Source: Eledone cirrhosa (Eukaryota). From it: DNA of 64,000 nt. Positions 1 through 12,800 of this stretch are shown here, piece by piece. Location: positions 20,026,001 to 20,090,000 of the forward strand of contig OZ024766.1 of NCBI GenBank assembly GCA_964016885.1. The letters run 5' to 3'. The first letter of the stretch is position 1, and each line of letters begins with the position of its first letter. The notes under the pieces are model-generated. The model was not told the DNA's origin. It saw only the letters and a list, made by a program, of their open reading frames with translations, and searched no databases. Position numbers and translations under genes: made by a program.

Positions 1-243
1 GAACTTTAGTCTTAGACAAGTTAACTTTAAGGCCTTTTGATTCTAGGCCATGCTTCCATGTTTAGAATTTCTTATCTAGTTCAGCTGTTAGATAATCTGT
101 GTATCGAAGTTCCCATGGGCAGTCAGTCTTAAACTCCTCTGTTTTAGCCTGAAGGGCAATAATAAATAGGAGGGGGCTAAGGACAGTGCTTTGATGAACA
201 CCAACTTTTATACTAAATTCTTCACTGTATTCATTGGTAATTC
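1..243 (-). mobile_element. RTE-type LINE reverse transcriptase fragment (tail of the preceding array unit)
   Basis: Minus-strand translation EEFSIKVGVHQSTVLSPLLFIIALQ...CPWELRYTD matches the GVxQG/LSPLLF and YADD regions of non-LTR RT, degenerate. Same fragment recurs at ~9.6k, 23.4k and 30.0k. Confidence 0.85.
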
Positions 244-285
244 TATATATATATATATGTATATACACATATTTACGTGTATATA

Positions 286-899
286 TGGTGGCTGCCAACT
301 CGTTTTCGAGTACGGCCACTACTTTATATCCATGTAGGAGAACCCCTACCGATGCGCTGAACAAGTGTGACTTTTTAGTCCAGCCAGCGACTTGAATACT
401 CTGGTACAAACACTACACTTGTGACAATTACTGACACATAGTGCTGGGCCCATGGTACCATGTGACGACAAGTGCAGAGAGATCTCCAGATATAAAGCAA
501 TGCCTGTGCCGTGAAGCTTTTATAGTGAGCAAAGGCACTGCACAAAGCCAGTCCCACTCTCTTAACCAAGATGATATTTACCAAAAAGAAGAACAAGTCA
601 ACATCATTGGATACCATCAGGGTTGCAGGTGTTATATCAGAGTTTTCCTTCTCCTAGAATTCTGCCTTGACAAAGGCTAAGGGGTCATCTCTCCCGGTGA
701 TTTTGGATGGCCATTGACTCTTAAGAGCTCCTTTGCCCTTTGACAGGTTTTGTTTTTAGTCCTGCAGGATGTCCAAAGTCACCCTCCTCACCAAGAAACC
801 TTGGTGGGGTTGCCAGTTTAGTCGCCAACGACCCGACCATGGGACAGGTTGTACTGGGATACATGTTACCAGTAGCACCAACTGGTGACCTGACACAAC
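286..899 (-). mobile_element. Non-autonomous ~600 bp element resembling an RTE LINE 5' UTR, inserted in (TA)n
   Basis: Near-identical copies at 31026-31602 (opposite strand) and 57957-59815. Contains CTAGGAGAAGGAAAACTCTG on the minus strand, which I recognise from RTE 5' regions. Confidence 0.6.
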
Positions 900-1737
<838 letters not shown>

Positions 1738-1857
1738 AACGAAGGAAATGTGGTAAGAAACCAGGTGGACCATAACGCACCAAAGTACTCAATACTTAGG
1801 GTAGTAGAGTGGGTAATAGGAACAAGTAAGACCCCGGGGGGTCTTACTTGTTCCTAT
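1738..1857 (-). mobile_element. Short Penelope-like pLTR fragment with terminal 42-bp palindrome
   Basis: ataggaacaagtaagacccc-gg-ggggtcttacttgttcctat. Copies at ~10128-10246 and ~16854-16972, longer version at 25657-25837. Confidence 0.55.
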
Positions 1858-2413
1858 GTGTATATATATATACACATATTTATGTGTATATATATATATA
1901 CACATATTTATTTGTATGTATATATATATATATACACATATTCATGTGTATACATATATATATTTACTACTCCACATTCTTCGTCTAAGTATAAATTGTA
2001 ATGTTATTTACAAAACTCGGAATAAAATAATTCTTGAGATATTCACTGCGAACCTGTACTTTCTCTATATCTTTTTCGGACCTGGTGTGTGTATATACAT
2101 ATATATATATACGTATATATTTTTTTTATCTATTTCATATTTGTAATGTCATTTCTTCAACCAGGAATAAAATAATTCTTACTCTAAACCTTACCATTCA
2201 CTGCGAGACTCTACTGTCTTTACTTCCTGTTCCTGCCCCACCTACTTTCGTTCATTCATTAATTTACTTCAAACTCAATCAATTCCTGTCTCTTTCTTCT
2301 ATATTTTATATTTTCAAGGTATTTCAACAATTTTTCTGTTTTACGTTTCTTTCATTAATTTATTCCGTTTTATATTTAAAATATTTCTGACTAATTTTTC
2401 CCGTCTTTATTGT

Positions 2414-4495
2414 CTCAGTAGATGTGTGTGTAACTCAGTAGATGTGTGTGTAACTCAGTAGATGTGTATGTATCTCAGTAGATGTGTGTGTAACTCAGTA
2501 GATGTGTGTGTAACTCAGTAGATGTGTGTGTAACTCAGTAGATGTGTGTGTAACTCAGTAGATGTGTGTAACTCAGTAGATGTGTGTGTAACTCAGATGT
2601 GTGTATAACTCAGTAGATGTGTGTGTAACTCAGTAGATGTGTGTAACTCTGTAGATGTGTGTATAACTCTGTAGATGTGTGTGTAACTCTGTAGATGTGT
2701 GTGTAACTCAGTAGATGTGTGTGTAACTCAGTAGATGTGTGTAACTCAGTAGATGTGTGTGTAACTCAGATGTGTGTATAACTCAGTAGATGTGTGTGTA
2801 ACTCAGTAGATGTGTGTAACTCTGTAGATGTGTGTATAACTCAGTAGATGTGTGTGTAACTCTGTAGATGTGTGTGTAACTCTGTAGATGTGTGTGTAAC
2901 TCAGTAGATGTGTGTGTCACTCAGTAGATGTGTGTGTAACTCTGTAGATGTGTGTGTAACTCAGTAGATGTGTGTGTAACTCAGTAGATGTGTGTGTAAC
3001 TCAGTAGATGTGTGTGTAACTCAGTAGATGTGTGTAACTCAGTAGATGTGTGTGTAACTCAGATGTGTGTATAACTCAGTAGATGTGTGTGTAACTCAGT
3101 AGATGTGTGTAACTCTGTAGATCTGTGTATAACTCTGTAGATGTGTGTGTAACTCTGTAGATGTGTGTGTAACTCAGTAGATGTGTGTGTAACTCAGTAG
3201 ATGTGTGTAACTCAGTAGATGTGTGTGTAACTCAGATGTGTGTATAACTCAGTAGATGTGTGTGTAACTCAGTAGATGTGTGTAACTCTGTAGATGTGTG
3301 TATAACTCAGTAGATGTGTGTGTAACTCTGTAGATGTGTGTGTAACTCTGTAGATGTGTGTGTAACTCAGTAGATGTGTGTGTCACTCAGTAGATGTGTG
3401 TGTAACTCTGTAGATGTGTGTGTAACTCAGATGTGTGTAACTCAGTAGATGTGTGTGTAACTCAGTTAATGTGTGTGTAACTCAGTAGATGTGTATGTAA
3501 CTCAGTAGATGTGTATGTATCTCAGTAGATGTGTGTGTAACTCAGTAGATGTGTGTGTCACTCAGTAGATGTGTGTGTAACTCAGATGTGTGTATAACTA
3601 AGTAGATGTGTGTGTAACTCAGTAGATGTGTGTGTAACTCAGTAGATGTGTGTGTAACTCAGTAGATGTGTGTGTAACTCAGTAGATGTGTGTAACTCAG
3701 TAGATGTGTGTGTAACTCTGTAGATGTGTGTGTAAGTCAGTAGATGTATGTGTAACTCAGATGTGTGTATAACTCAGTAGATGTGTGTGTAACTCAGTAG
3801 ATGTGTGTAACTCTGTAGATGTGTGTATAACTCAGTAGATGTGTGTGTAACTCTGTAGATGTGTGTGTAACTCTGTAGATGTGTGTGTAACTCAGTAGAT
3901 GTGTGTGTCACTCAGTAGATGTGTGTGTAACTCTGTAGATGTGTGTGTAACTCAGTAGATGTGTGTGTAACTCAGTAGATGTGTGTGTAACTCAGTAGAT
4001 GTGTGTGTAACTCAGTAGATGTGTGTGTAACTCAGTAGATGTGTGTGTGACACTGTAGATGTGTGTATAACTCAGGAGATGTGTGTGTAACTCAGATGTG
4101 TGTATAACTCACTAGCTGTGTGTAACTCTGTAGATGTGTGTGTAACTCAGTAGATGTGTGTGTAACTCTGTAGATGTGTGTGTAACTCAGTAGATGTGTG
4201 TGTAACTCTGTAGATGTGTGTGTAACTCAGTAGATGTGTGTGTAACTCAGTAGATGTGTGTGTAACTCAGTAGATGTGTGTGTAACTCAGTAGATGTGTG
4301 TATAACTCAGTAGATGTGTGTGTAACTCTGTAGATATGTGTATAACTCAGTAGATGTGTGTGTAACTCTGTAGATGTGTGTGTAACTCAGTAGATGTGTG
4401 TGTAACTCTGTAGATGTGTGTGTAACTCTGTAGATCTGTGTGTAGATGTGTGTGTAACTCTGTAGATGTGTGTATAACTCATGTGTGTGTGTAGC
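2414..4495. repeat. 20-bp minisatellite (actcagtagatgtgtgtgta)n, about 100 copies
   Basis: Direct inspection. Shorter arrays sit at the same position in the other four units. Confidence 0.97.
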
Positions 4496-4776
4496 TCAAA
4501 TGATTGTCCCCCACCCTCACTTTTGTCTCAAATAATTGTCCCCTACCCTCGCTTAGGTCTCAAATAATTTTTCGGCACCCTCATTTAATATTCAGATTTT
4601 TCACACCACCACCCCACTCTTAATTTACCCCACCCATAGAAAATAAATAGGATGGGTTGGGGTCTCATTAAGTAAACTAAATAACTAATTCTGGTTTTCT
4701 ATCTCTGGTGAAATTTATATGTATATATATATATAGATATCTATACATATGTACATATATATAAATATCTATATAT

Positions 4777-5074
4777 GCCCCCCACACCCCACACCGCAAG
4801 TTGGTCGTGGAGGTGCCACGGCAAAAAAGCTCCCAGCCCACACTGTAAAGTGGGCGTGTAGGCGCCACGAAAAAGCACCCAGCACTCACTGTAAATGAGG
4901 TTGGTGTTAGGAAGGGCATCCAGCTGTAGAAATCAAGCCAAATGAGTTACTGTATGAGCATGGCATGGTCAGCCGACCAGACACTGCCCACAACAGGACA
5001 ACCCGTCTAACCCATGCTAGCGTGGAAGAACGGACGTAAAACGGTGATGATTATGATGAAGATGACATATGTAT
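4777..5074 (+). mobile_element. SINE-like element with (ATG)n tail
   Basis: ggttggtgttaggaagggcatccagctgtagaaa...cggacgtaaaacggtgatga. Related copies at 37980, 49337, 56430 and 63495. Absent from the equivalent site in units 2-5. Confidence 0.75.
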
Positions 5075-5659
5075 ATATATATATATGTATGTATATATAT
5101 ATGTATGTATATGAGCTCTTAAGTCCATTAAAATAACCTCTCTAGTGCCACAAACAATACACCCAGTCCTTGCTGTAAAGTGGTTGATGAGTGGAAAGGC
5201 ATCCAAACAGAAAAGAAAAAAAATAACGCTAAAATTATGGAAAGCCCTATTAAAAAAAATTCCCACTAATTATGTCTACAAGCCTAACACAAGTCATGTT
5301 ATTGGGGTGCCTAGGGTAGCCATGTGTGAGAATCCTTTGACTGTTATCAAGCAATTACACAGCACTTTTCCCCTTCCAGGTAGAAAGAACTGTTACTCAA
5401 GGAACTGTCAAGTTACACATCTCAGGTCTCAGACAATTACCATGTTAGAATGTCATATAAGAATGAAGTTCTTGGGTAAAGGCTATAGAGCAGACCTCCC
5501 AAGAGTTAGAAGGATATAGTTTATAGAGCATCGTGGAATATCACTGCTTACATTGGAGAGAATAACTCTGGACAGGAAAGTTGATATCTACAGTTTATCA
5601 ATATAGAAATATAAAATTTCCAATGTTAAATCTATCTCTGTTTCTAAAGTATTCTCTAT

Positions 5660-5688
5660 TATCTCATACTGTTTCTTTCTTATTTCAG
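5660..5688 (+). promoter_or_regulatory. Putative splice acceptor of the ZNF coding exon
   Basis: Polypyrimidine tract plus TTTCAG (ctcatactgtttctttcttatttcag), conserved upstream of all five ZNF ORFs. Confidence 0.6.
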
Positions 5689-6075
5689 AATATCAGATGA
5701 CATTGGGATAAAATTATTTTTTAATCTTGAATACATCCCCTCTATTTATCATCATTTCAAGACTAAAGCTTTTCATACGGAACTCATATAACACTGTTTA
5801 TATAAATCTATGGCAGAATTAGTGTGAAATATTTCCTCAGAACTGTGTGTCTTGGAAAAATTCTTGGAAAAGTATTGTTTCATCACCATCTGAAATATTT
5901 ACAAGATGATTTTGAATCTTAACTAAACTTGGATCAGAAAGAAGTTTGCATCATCTTCAGATCTTGACTGAGATCACCGTTGCCGGAAATATAACAGAAG
6001 AAATATCTTCAGGAATATAATATATAAAATAAGACAAGAATAACATCTGTAAATTCTGCCAAGGGAAGAAGAAAC

Positions 6076-7521
6076 ATGGAAACTAAATTGAGTGAGAAGA
6101 AGATTAAATGTGAAACATCGTCTAGAGATATGGCTATTCCAGCAGAGATGCCAAAGTCTAGAAGAGAGAAACCATATCACTGTGATGTCTGTGGTAAATC
6201 ATTCTCTAAAAGTGGTCACTTAATTCCACACAAACGTACCCATACAGGAGACAAGCCATACCACTGCGAAATCTGTGGTAAATCATTCTCTCAAAGTAGT
6301 CATTTAACTTGCCACAAACGTATACATACAGGAGACAAGCCATACCACTGTGATATCTGTGGTAAATCATTCTCTGATAGTAGTACCTTAACTAAACACA
6401 AACGGACCCATACAGGAGACAAGCCATACCACTGCAATATCTGTGGTAAATCATTCTCTGTTAGTGGTACCTTAACTACACATTTACGTACCCATACTGG
6501 AGACAGGCCATACCACTGTGATATCTGTGGTAAATCATTCTCTGAAAGTAGTACCTTAACTACACACTTACGTACCCATACAGGAGACAAGCCATACCAC
6601 TGTGATATCTCTGGTAAATCATTCTCTGAAGGTGGTACCTTAACTAAACACTTAGGTACCCATACTGGAGACAAGCCATACCACTGTGATATCTCTGGTA
6701 AATCATTCTCTCAAAGTAGTCATTTAACTACCCACAAAGTTATACATACAGGAGACAAGCCATACCATTGCAACATCTGTGGTAAATCATTCTCTCGAAG
6801 TAGTCACTTAACTAGCCACAAACATATACATACAGGAGAGAAGCCATACCATTGTGATATCTGTGGTAAATCATTCTCTCTAAGTAATGGTTTAACCAGC
6901 CACAAACGTATACATACAGGAGACAAGCCATACCACTGCGACATCTGTGGTAAATCATTCTATATAAGTAGTAACTTAACTAGACACAAACGTATACATA
7001 CAGGAGACAGGCCATACCACTGTGATATCTGTGGTAAATCATTCTCTGATAGTAGTACGTTAACTATACACAAACGTACCCATACAGGAGACAAGTCATA
7101 CCACTGTGATATCTGTGGTAAATCGTTCTCTGTATCAAGTAGTTTAACTACACACAAACGTACCCATACAGGAGACAAGCCATACCACTGTGATATCTGT
7201 GGTAAATCATTCTTTATAAGTAGTTACTTAACTATACACAAACGTACCCATACAGGAGACAAGCCATACCACTGTGATATCTGTGGTAAATCATTCTCTG
7301 CAAGTAGTTACTTAACTAAACACTTACGTACCCATACAGGAGACAAGCCATACCACTGTGATATCTGTGGTAAATCATTCTCCGATAGTAGTTACTTAAC
7401 TAAACACTTACGTACCCACACAGGAGACAAGTCATACCACTGCGATATCTGTGGTAAATTATTCTCTGTATCAAGTAGTTTAACTAGACACAAATATACC
7501 CATATGGGTGAGAACCCATAA
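6076..7521 (+). CDS. C2H2 zinc-finger protein, 481 aa, 16 tandem fingers (6 and 7 have Cys-to-Ser)
   Basis: 33-aa leader plus 16 x 28-aa CxxC-x12-HxxxH repeats with TGDKP linkers. No KRAB/BTB/SET domain visible. Confidence 0.93.
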   Translation: METKLSEKKIKCETSSRDMAIPAEMPKSRREKPYHCDVCGKSFSKSGHLIPHKRTHTGDKPYHCEICGKSFSQSSHLTCHKRIHTGDKPYHCDICGKSFSDSSTLTKHKRTHTGDKPYHCNICGKSFSVSGTLTTHLRTHTGDRPYHCDICGKSFSESSTLTTHLRTHTGDKPYHCDISGKSFSEGGTLTKHLGTHTGDKPYHCDISGKSFSQSSHLTTHKVIHTGDKPYHCNICGKSFSRSSHLTSHKHIHTGEKPYHCDICGKSFSLSNGLTSHKRIHTGDKPYHCDICGKSFYISSNLTRHKRIHTGDRPYHCDICGKSFSDSSTLTIHKRTHTGDKSYHCDICGKSFSVSSSLTTHKRTHTGDKPYHCDICGKSFFISSYLTIHKRTHTGDKPYHCDICGKSFSASSYLTKHLRTHTGDKPYHCDICGKSFSDSSYLTKHLRTHTGDKSYHCDICGKLFSVSSSLTRHKYTHMGENP

Positions 7522-8175
7522 CCAAAAAAATATCTCATTGTCTGACAATGGTGAATTAAACACAAATACATTCATATGAGAAGCCATGCCACTGTGCTAT
7601 TCTCTTTCATTGCTACTTAACTTCATACAAACATATATATACTGGAGAAAAGCCATATCACTGTAATATTTGTGGCAAATTTTTATCCATGATAGCTTGT
7701 TCAATTAGACACAAACATATACATACAGGAGAGAAACCATATCACTGTGATATCTGTGGGAAATCATTCTCTGAAATAACTCACTTCATTCGGCACTAAC
7801 ATTTACAGGAGAGGAACTATATCACTGTGATGTCTGCAGTAAATCCTTCTCTAAATGTTGTGGCTTCACTAGACACTAACATTTACAGGAGAGGAACTAT
7901 ATCACTGTAATGTCTGCAGTAAATCCTTCTCTAAATGTTGTGGCTTCACTAGACACTAACATATACAGAAGAGGAACTATATCACTGTGATGTCTGTGGT
8001 AAATCATTCTCTAAATGTTGTGGCTTCACTACACACTAACATATACAGGAGAGGAACTATATCACTGTGATGTCTGTGGTAAATCATTGTCTAAATGTTG
8101 TGGCTTCACTAGACACTAACATTTACAGGAGAGGAACTATATCACTGTGATGTCTGTGGTAAATCATTCTCTTGT
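7522..8175 (+). pseudogene. Degenerate zinc-finger repeats in the 3' UTR, including about 5 copies of an 80-bp frameshifted finger unit
   Basis: Finger-like DNA continues after the stop with indels and stops. The 80-bp period is seen at 7801, 7881, 7961, 8041 and 8121. Confidence 0.85.
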
Positions 8176-8454
8176 AAAGATTACTTTCAGACAAGATAAA
8201 AACCATACCACTCACCCAAAATAGTGCCACCAATGTTGTTAATATTTTCAATAAAACTGTTTTACTAAGAAATTCTTCTCCTTTCATTTTATTTGTAGAA
8301 GTTGTAACCAAGACTTGTGCTGACAAATCTGTAGCGTTCAGAATTTACATACGCTATATATATGTGAATGTATGTGTGTAGAAATTTGTGTCCCCTTTTG
8401 TTTGTTGCATATGTAGTGGATAAATGTATTCTTTTGTGTATGAATGATAAAAAG

Positions 8455-8540
8455 AATAAAGCCAGAATTGTGATGTTGACAATGTTTATTTTACAATAAC
8501 AATATTAACTTGTTGCTACATTGAATATCAAGTAATAAAA
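8455..8540 (+). terminator. Candidate polyadenylation signals
   Basis: Two AATAAA hexamers about 0.9-1.0 kb past the stop. The second is conserved in all five units. Confidence 0.35.
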
Positions 8541-9174
8541 ATTGTGACAGGAATTATCACTACATCAATTTTCTGACTAGCTACTTCGAGCTAGCGTGTA
8601 TGTATGTATCAATACAACGATACACGAGAAGTGATTCAACAGGAAAACAAAAGAATAGATAAAACCCAGAAGTAAACAGTATAATGAAACCTACGGAGTG
8701 TGTGTGTATCCTTAGTATTTGTTATTCCTCTCAAGGACTGCTGCTTCGGTCTCACTTGTTTGGTGGCGTAGTCTGTGGCCAAGAAGGTGAGAGCCAGTAA
8801 GGCCAGGAGAGAGAGATAGAGTAAAAGGTCAGTAGAAGTCTGTAGACCCCAAGAGGTCTGTAGAACGTGAATGTTTCACATCATTATTCCCTCAAGCACT
8901 ACTGCTTCGTGGTCTGGCTGCTGGATTCCCTTTGTACTTGTATTTATAATAACCCTATAGCTAGAAGGATGTGTATACAGGGTTGATTTATGAGTAGCCA
9001 TGTGAGGTTCAGCTATCTTGAAGCTGGGGTCACAGGTCAAGTGGCATGTATGTTTATCATTGTTGTCTCTTGACAGGACAATGGTGGGAAACTCGCAACG
9101 ATAGGTGGTCCCAGATGCGAGAACTTTTAGATTCAGTTTCGAAACTTCGCCAGGTAATTTATAGGAGAATTCCG

Positions 9175-9345
9175 TTACACATCTATTAATGACATAGATG
9201 GCAACTTAAAGAGTGTCACAGTACTGAAATATGCAGATGACATCAAGCTGTCCCTTGAGATAAAAAGGACAGATCCTGAACACTATAGATCTGGACACAA
9301 TGCAGCAATGGACCACGGACTGGCAACTCAAGCTGGCTGTGTACA
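9175..9345 (+). mobile_element. CR1/L2-clade LINE RT fragment
   Basis: Hand translation gives INDIDGNLKSVTVLKYADDIKL and, after a frameshift, DLDTMQQWTTDWQLKL. Copies near 23020 and 29615. Confidence 0.75.
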
Positions 9346-9594
9346 TGTGTACAACCATGCATTTATCTATCTATTTAAAGCTGTAAATAGCTATGGTGCG
9401 GCCACACTTAGAATTTGCATTACCAGTCTGGAACACCTATCTTGCTCAGATCATTGATCTGGAAATTGTTTAGAGACGTGCAACCAAGTGAATACGCTCC
9501 ATCAACCATCTACCATACTCTGAATGCCTTGCCTCCCTGGGTATGGATACATTGAAGGTCCGACGTCTGGAACTTGCTACTTATTGCACCTGAG

Positions 9595-10020
9595 CATCAG
9601 CCACATATAAAATCTACGTTCTTAGATAGCTGGCCTGTGTTCCCAGTACGTCTGTTATGTACCCATAGTTTGTATTTGGGACATAAAATGGAATTTCTAC
9701 CTACTCCTTTCCTACACACTGAACATGGCCATTTCCCAGAGTGCACCTGTGCCCTATTTTCCTTCCTACAAACTAGAACTTTAGTCTTAGACAAGTTAAC
9801 TTTAAGGCCTTTTGATTCTTGGCCATGCTTCCATGTTTAGAATTTCTTAGCTAGTTCAGCTGTTAGATCATCTGTGTATAGAAGTTCCCATGGGCAGCCA
9901 GTCTTAAACTCCTCTGTTTTAGCCTGAAGTGCAATAATAAATAGGTGGGGGCTAAATACAGAGCCTTGATGAACACCAACTTTTATACTAAATTCTTCAC
10001 TGTATTCATTGGTAATTCTA
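9595..10020 (-). mobile_element. RTE-type LINE RT fragment
   Basis: VGVHQGSVFSPHLFII...WELLYTDDL followed by the Cys-rich WPCSVCRKGVGRNSILC segment, with stop codons. Confidence 0.85.
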
Positions 10021-10451
10021 TATATATATTTATATATATACACATGTTTATGTGTATATATATATACACATATTTATGTGTATGTATATATATATATATA
10101 TATACACATATTTATGTGTATATATATAACGAAGGAAATGTGGTAAGAAGCCAGGTGGACCATAACGCACCAAAGTACTCAATACTTAGGGTAGTAGAGT
10201 GGGTAATAGGAACAAGTAAGACCCCGGGGGTCTTACTTGTTCCTATGTGTATATATATATACACATATTTATTTGTATGTATATATATATATATATACAC
10301 ATATTTATGTGTATATATATATATATTTACTACTCCACATTCTTCGTCTAAGTATAATTTGTAATGTTATTTACAAAACTAGGAATAAAATAATTCTTGA
10401 GATATTCACTGCGAACCTGTACTTTCTCTATATCCTTTTCGGACCTGGTGT

Positions 10452-10495
<44 letters not shown>

Positions 10496-11194
10496 GTATA
10501 TATATTTTTATCTATTTGATATTTGTGCTATTTGTAATGTTATTTATACAACCAGGAATAAAATAATTCTTACTCTAAACCTTACCATTCACTGCGAGAC
10601 TCTACTGTCTTTACTTCCTGTTCCTGCCCCACCTACTTTCGTTCATTCATTAATTTATTTCAAACTCAATCAATTCCTGCCTCTTTCTTCTATATTTTAT
10701 ATTTTCAAGGTATTTCAACAATTTTTATCTTTTTTTACGTTTCTTTCATTAATTTATTCCGTTTTATATTTAAAATATTTCTGACTAATTTTTCCCGTAT
10801 TTTCTGTCTAAATATTTATATACTTTATATATATAAAGTATATATATATATATATATATAAAGTATATATATATATATATATATAAAGTATATATATATA
10901 TAAAGTATATATAAATATATGTCTATATATATATATGTATTCATGTAAATATGCATATATATGTGTTTATATATATTGTATATATACATACATACATTAT
11001 ACATACTAGACAAGATAATACACCTACACATCTGTTATAAGAATACGGATAGGCTATGTAGCCGGTAAAACCAAAAGGGGTGAAACACACATATTGCTAT
11101 AGTGTTTCACCAGCTCTTCCTCAATCATTCATAGATGTGAGTGTATATAATAATTATTTTGTATAATGTGTCTATTTATAAATATATATGATTA

Positions 11195-11470
11195 GATGTG
11201 TGTATAACTCTGTAGATGTGTGTATAACGCAGTAGATGTGTGTATAACTCAGTAGATGTGTGTAACTCTGTAGGTGTGTGTATAACTCAGTAGATGTGTA
11301 TGTAACTCTGTAGATGTGTGTGTAACTCAGTAGATGTGTGTGTAACTCAGTAGATGTGTGTGTAACTCAGTAGATGTGTATATAACTCAGTAGATGTGTG
11401 TGTAACTCAGTAGATGTGTGTGTAACTCAGTAGATGTGTGTATAACTCAGTAGATGTGTGTGTAACTCAA
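11195..11470. repeat. 20-bp minisatellite, about 14 copies (unit 2)
   Basis: Same monomer as 2414-4495. Confidence 0.93.
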
Positions 11471-12800
11471 ATAATTGTCCCCCAGTCTCACTTTTTTCTG
11501 AAATAATCGTTCACCCTCACTTTTTTCTGAAATAATCGTACCCCACCCTCGCTTAGGTCTCAAATAATTGTCCCCGACCCTCGTTTAGGTCTCAAATAAT
11601 TTTCCCCCACCCTCACTCATTTAATTTTCAGATTTTTTACACCACCACACCACTGTTAATTCACCCCACCCATTTAAAATAAATAGGATGGGTTGTTGTC
11701 TCATTATGTAAACTAAATGACTAATTCTGGTTTTCTATCTCTAGTGAAATTTATATGTATATATATATATATATGTATAGATATACAAATATCTATGCAT
11801 ATGTATATATATATAAATATATATATGTATGTATATGAGCTCTTAAGACCAGTAAAATAACCTCTCTAGTGCCACAAACAATACACCCAGTCCTTGCTGT
11901 AAAGTGGTTGATGAGTGGAAAGGCATCCAAACAGAAAAGAAAAAAAAATAACGCTAAAATTATGGAAAGCCCTACGAATAAAAACTCTTACAAATTGTGT
12001 CTACAAGCCTAACACAAGTCATGTTATTGGGGTGCCTAGGGTAGCCATGTGTGAGAATCCTTTGACTGTTATCAAGCAATTACACAGCACTTTTCCCCTT
12101 CCAGGTAGAAAGAACTGTTACTCAAGGAACTATCAAGTTACACATCTCAGGTCTCAGACAATTACCATGTTAGAATGTCATATAAGAATGAAGTTCTTGG
12201 GTAAAGGCTATAGGGCAGACCTCCCAAAAGTTAGAAGGATATAGTTTATAGAGCATCGTGGAATATCACTGCTTACATTGGAGAGAATGACTCTGGACAG
12301 GAAAGTTGATATCTACAGTTTATCAATATAGAAATATAAAATTTCCAATGTTAAATCTATCTCTGTTTCTAAAGTATTCTTTATTATCTCATACTGTTTC
12401 TTTCTTATTTCAGAATATCAGATGACATTGGGATAAAGTTATTTTCTAATCTTGAATACATCCCCTCTATTTATCATCATTTCAAGACTAAAGGTTTTGA
12501 TACGGAACTCATATAACACTGTTTATATAAATCTATGGCAGAATTAGTGTGAAATATTTCCTCAGAACTGTGTGTCTTGGAAAAATTCTTGGAAAAGTAT
12601 TGTTTCATCACCATCTGAAATATTTACAAAATTATTTTGAATCTTAACTAAACTTGGATCAGAAAGAAGTTTGCATCATCTTAAGATCTTGACTGAGATC
12701 ACCGTTGCCTGAAATATAGCAGAAGATATATCTTCAGGAATATAATATATAAAATAAGACAAGAATAACATCTGTAAATTCTGCCAAGGGAAGAAGAAAC

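Noticed and set aside
441-680. 79/80-aa ORFs repeated seven times (MLGPWYHV..., MVSNDVDL...)
   Set aside because: They lie within copies of one repeat element, are open on both strands and show no protein motif.
760-899. HDV-like or twister ribozyme at the 5' end of the RTE-like element (gtcccatggtcggg ... gaggagggt on the minus strand)
   Set aside because: Several stems are possible, but I could not fit either nested-pseudoknot consensus by hand.
2414-4495. CRISPR-like appearance of the tandem arrays
   Set aside because: No unique spacers, no cas genes, eukaryotic context.
5145-5519. ORF repeated upstream of each ZNF gene (VYKPNTSHVIGVPRV...)
   Set aside because: Recurs only because the unit is duplicated. 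Starts are inconsistent, unit 3 has a stop, unit 5 has a frameshift, and there is no recognisable domain.
9095-9130. Possible LTR primer-binding site TGGTCCCAGATGCGAG
   Set aside because: I cannot match it to a tRNA 3' end and there is no clear TG...CA LTR boundary.
11078-11110. Hairpin ggtgaaacac...gtgtttcacc containing GAAAC
   Set aside because: No CTGANGA core or stem II, and the stem is not preserved in all unit copies.
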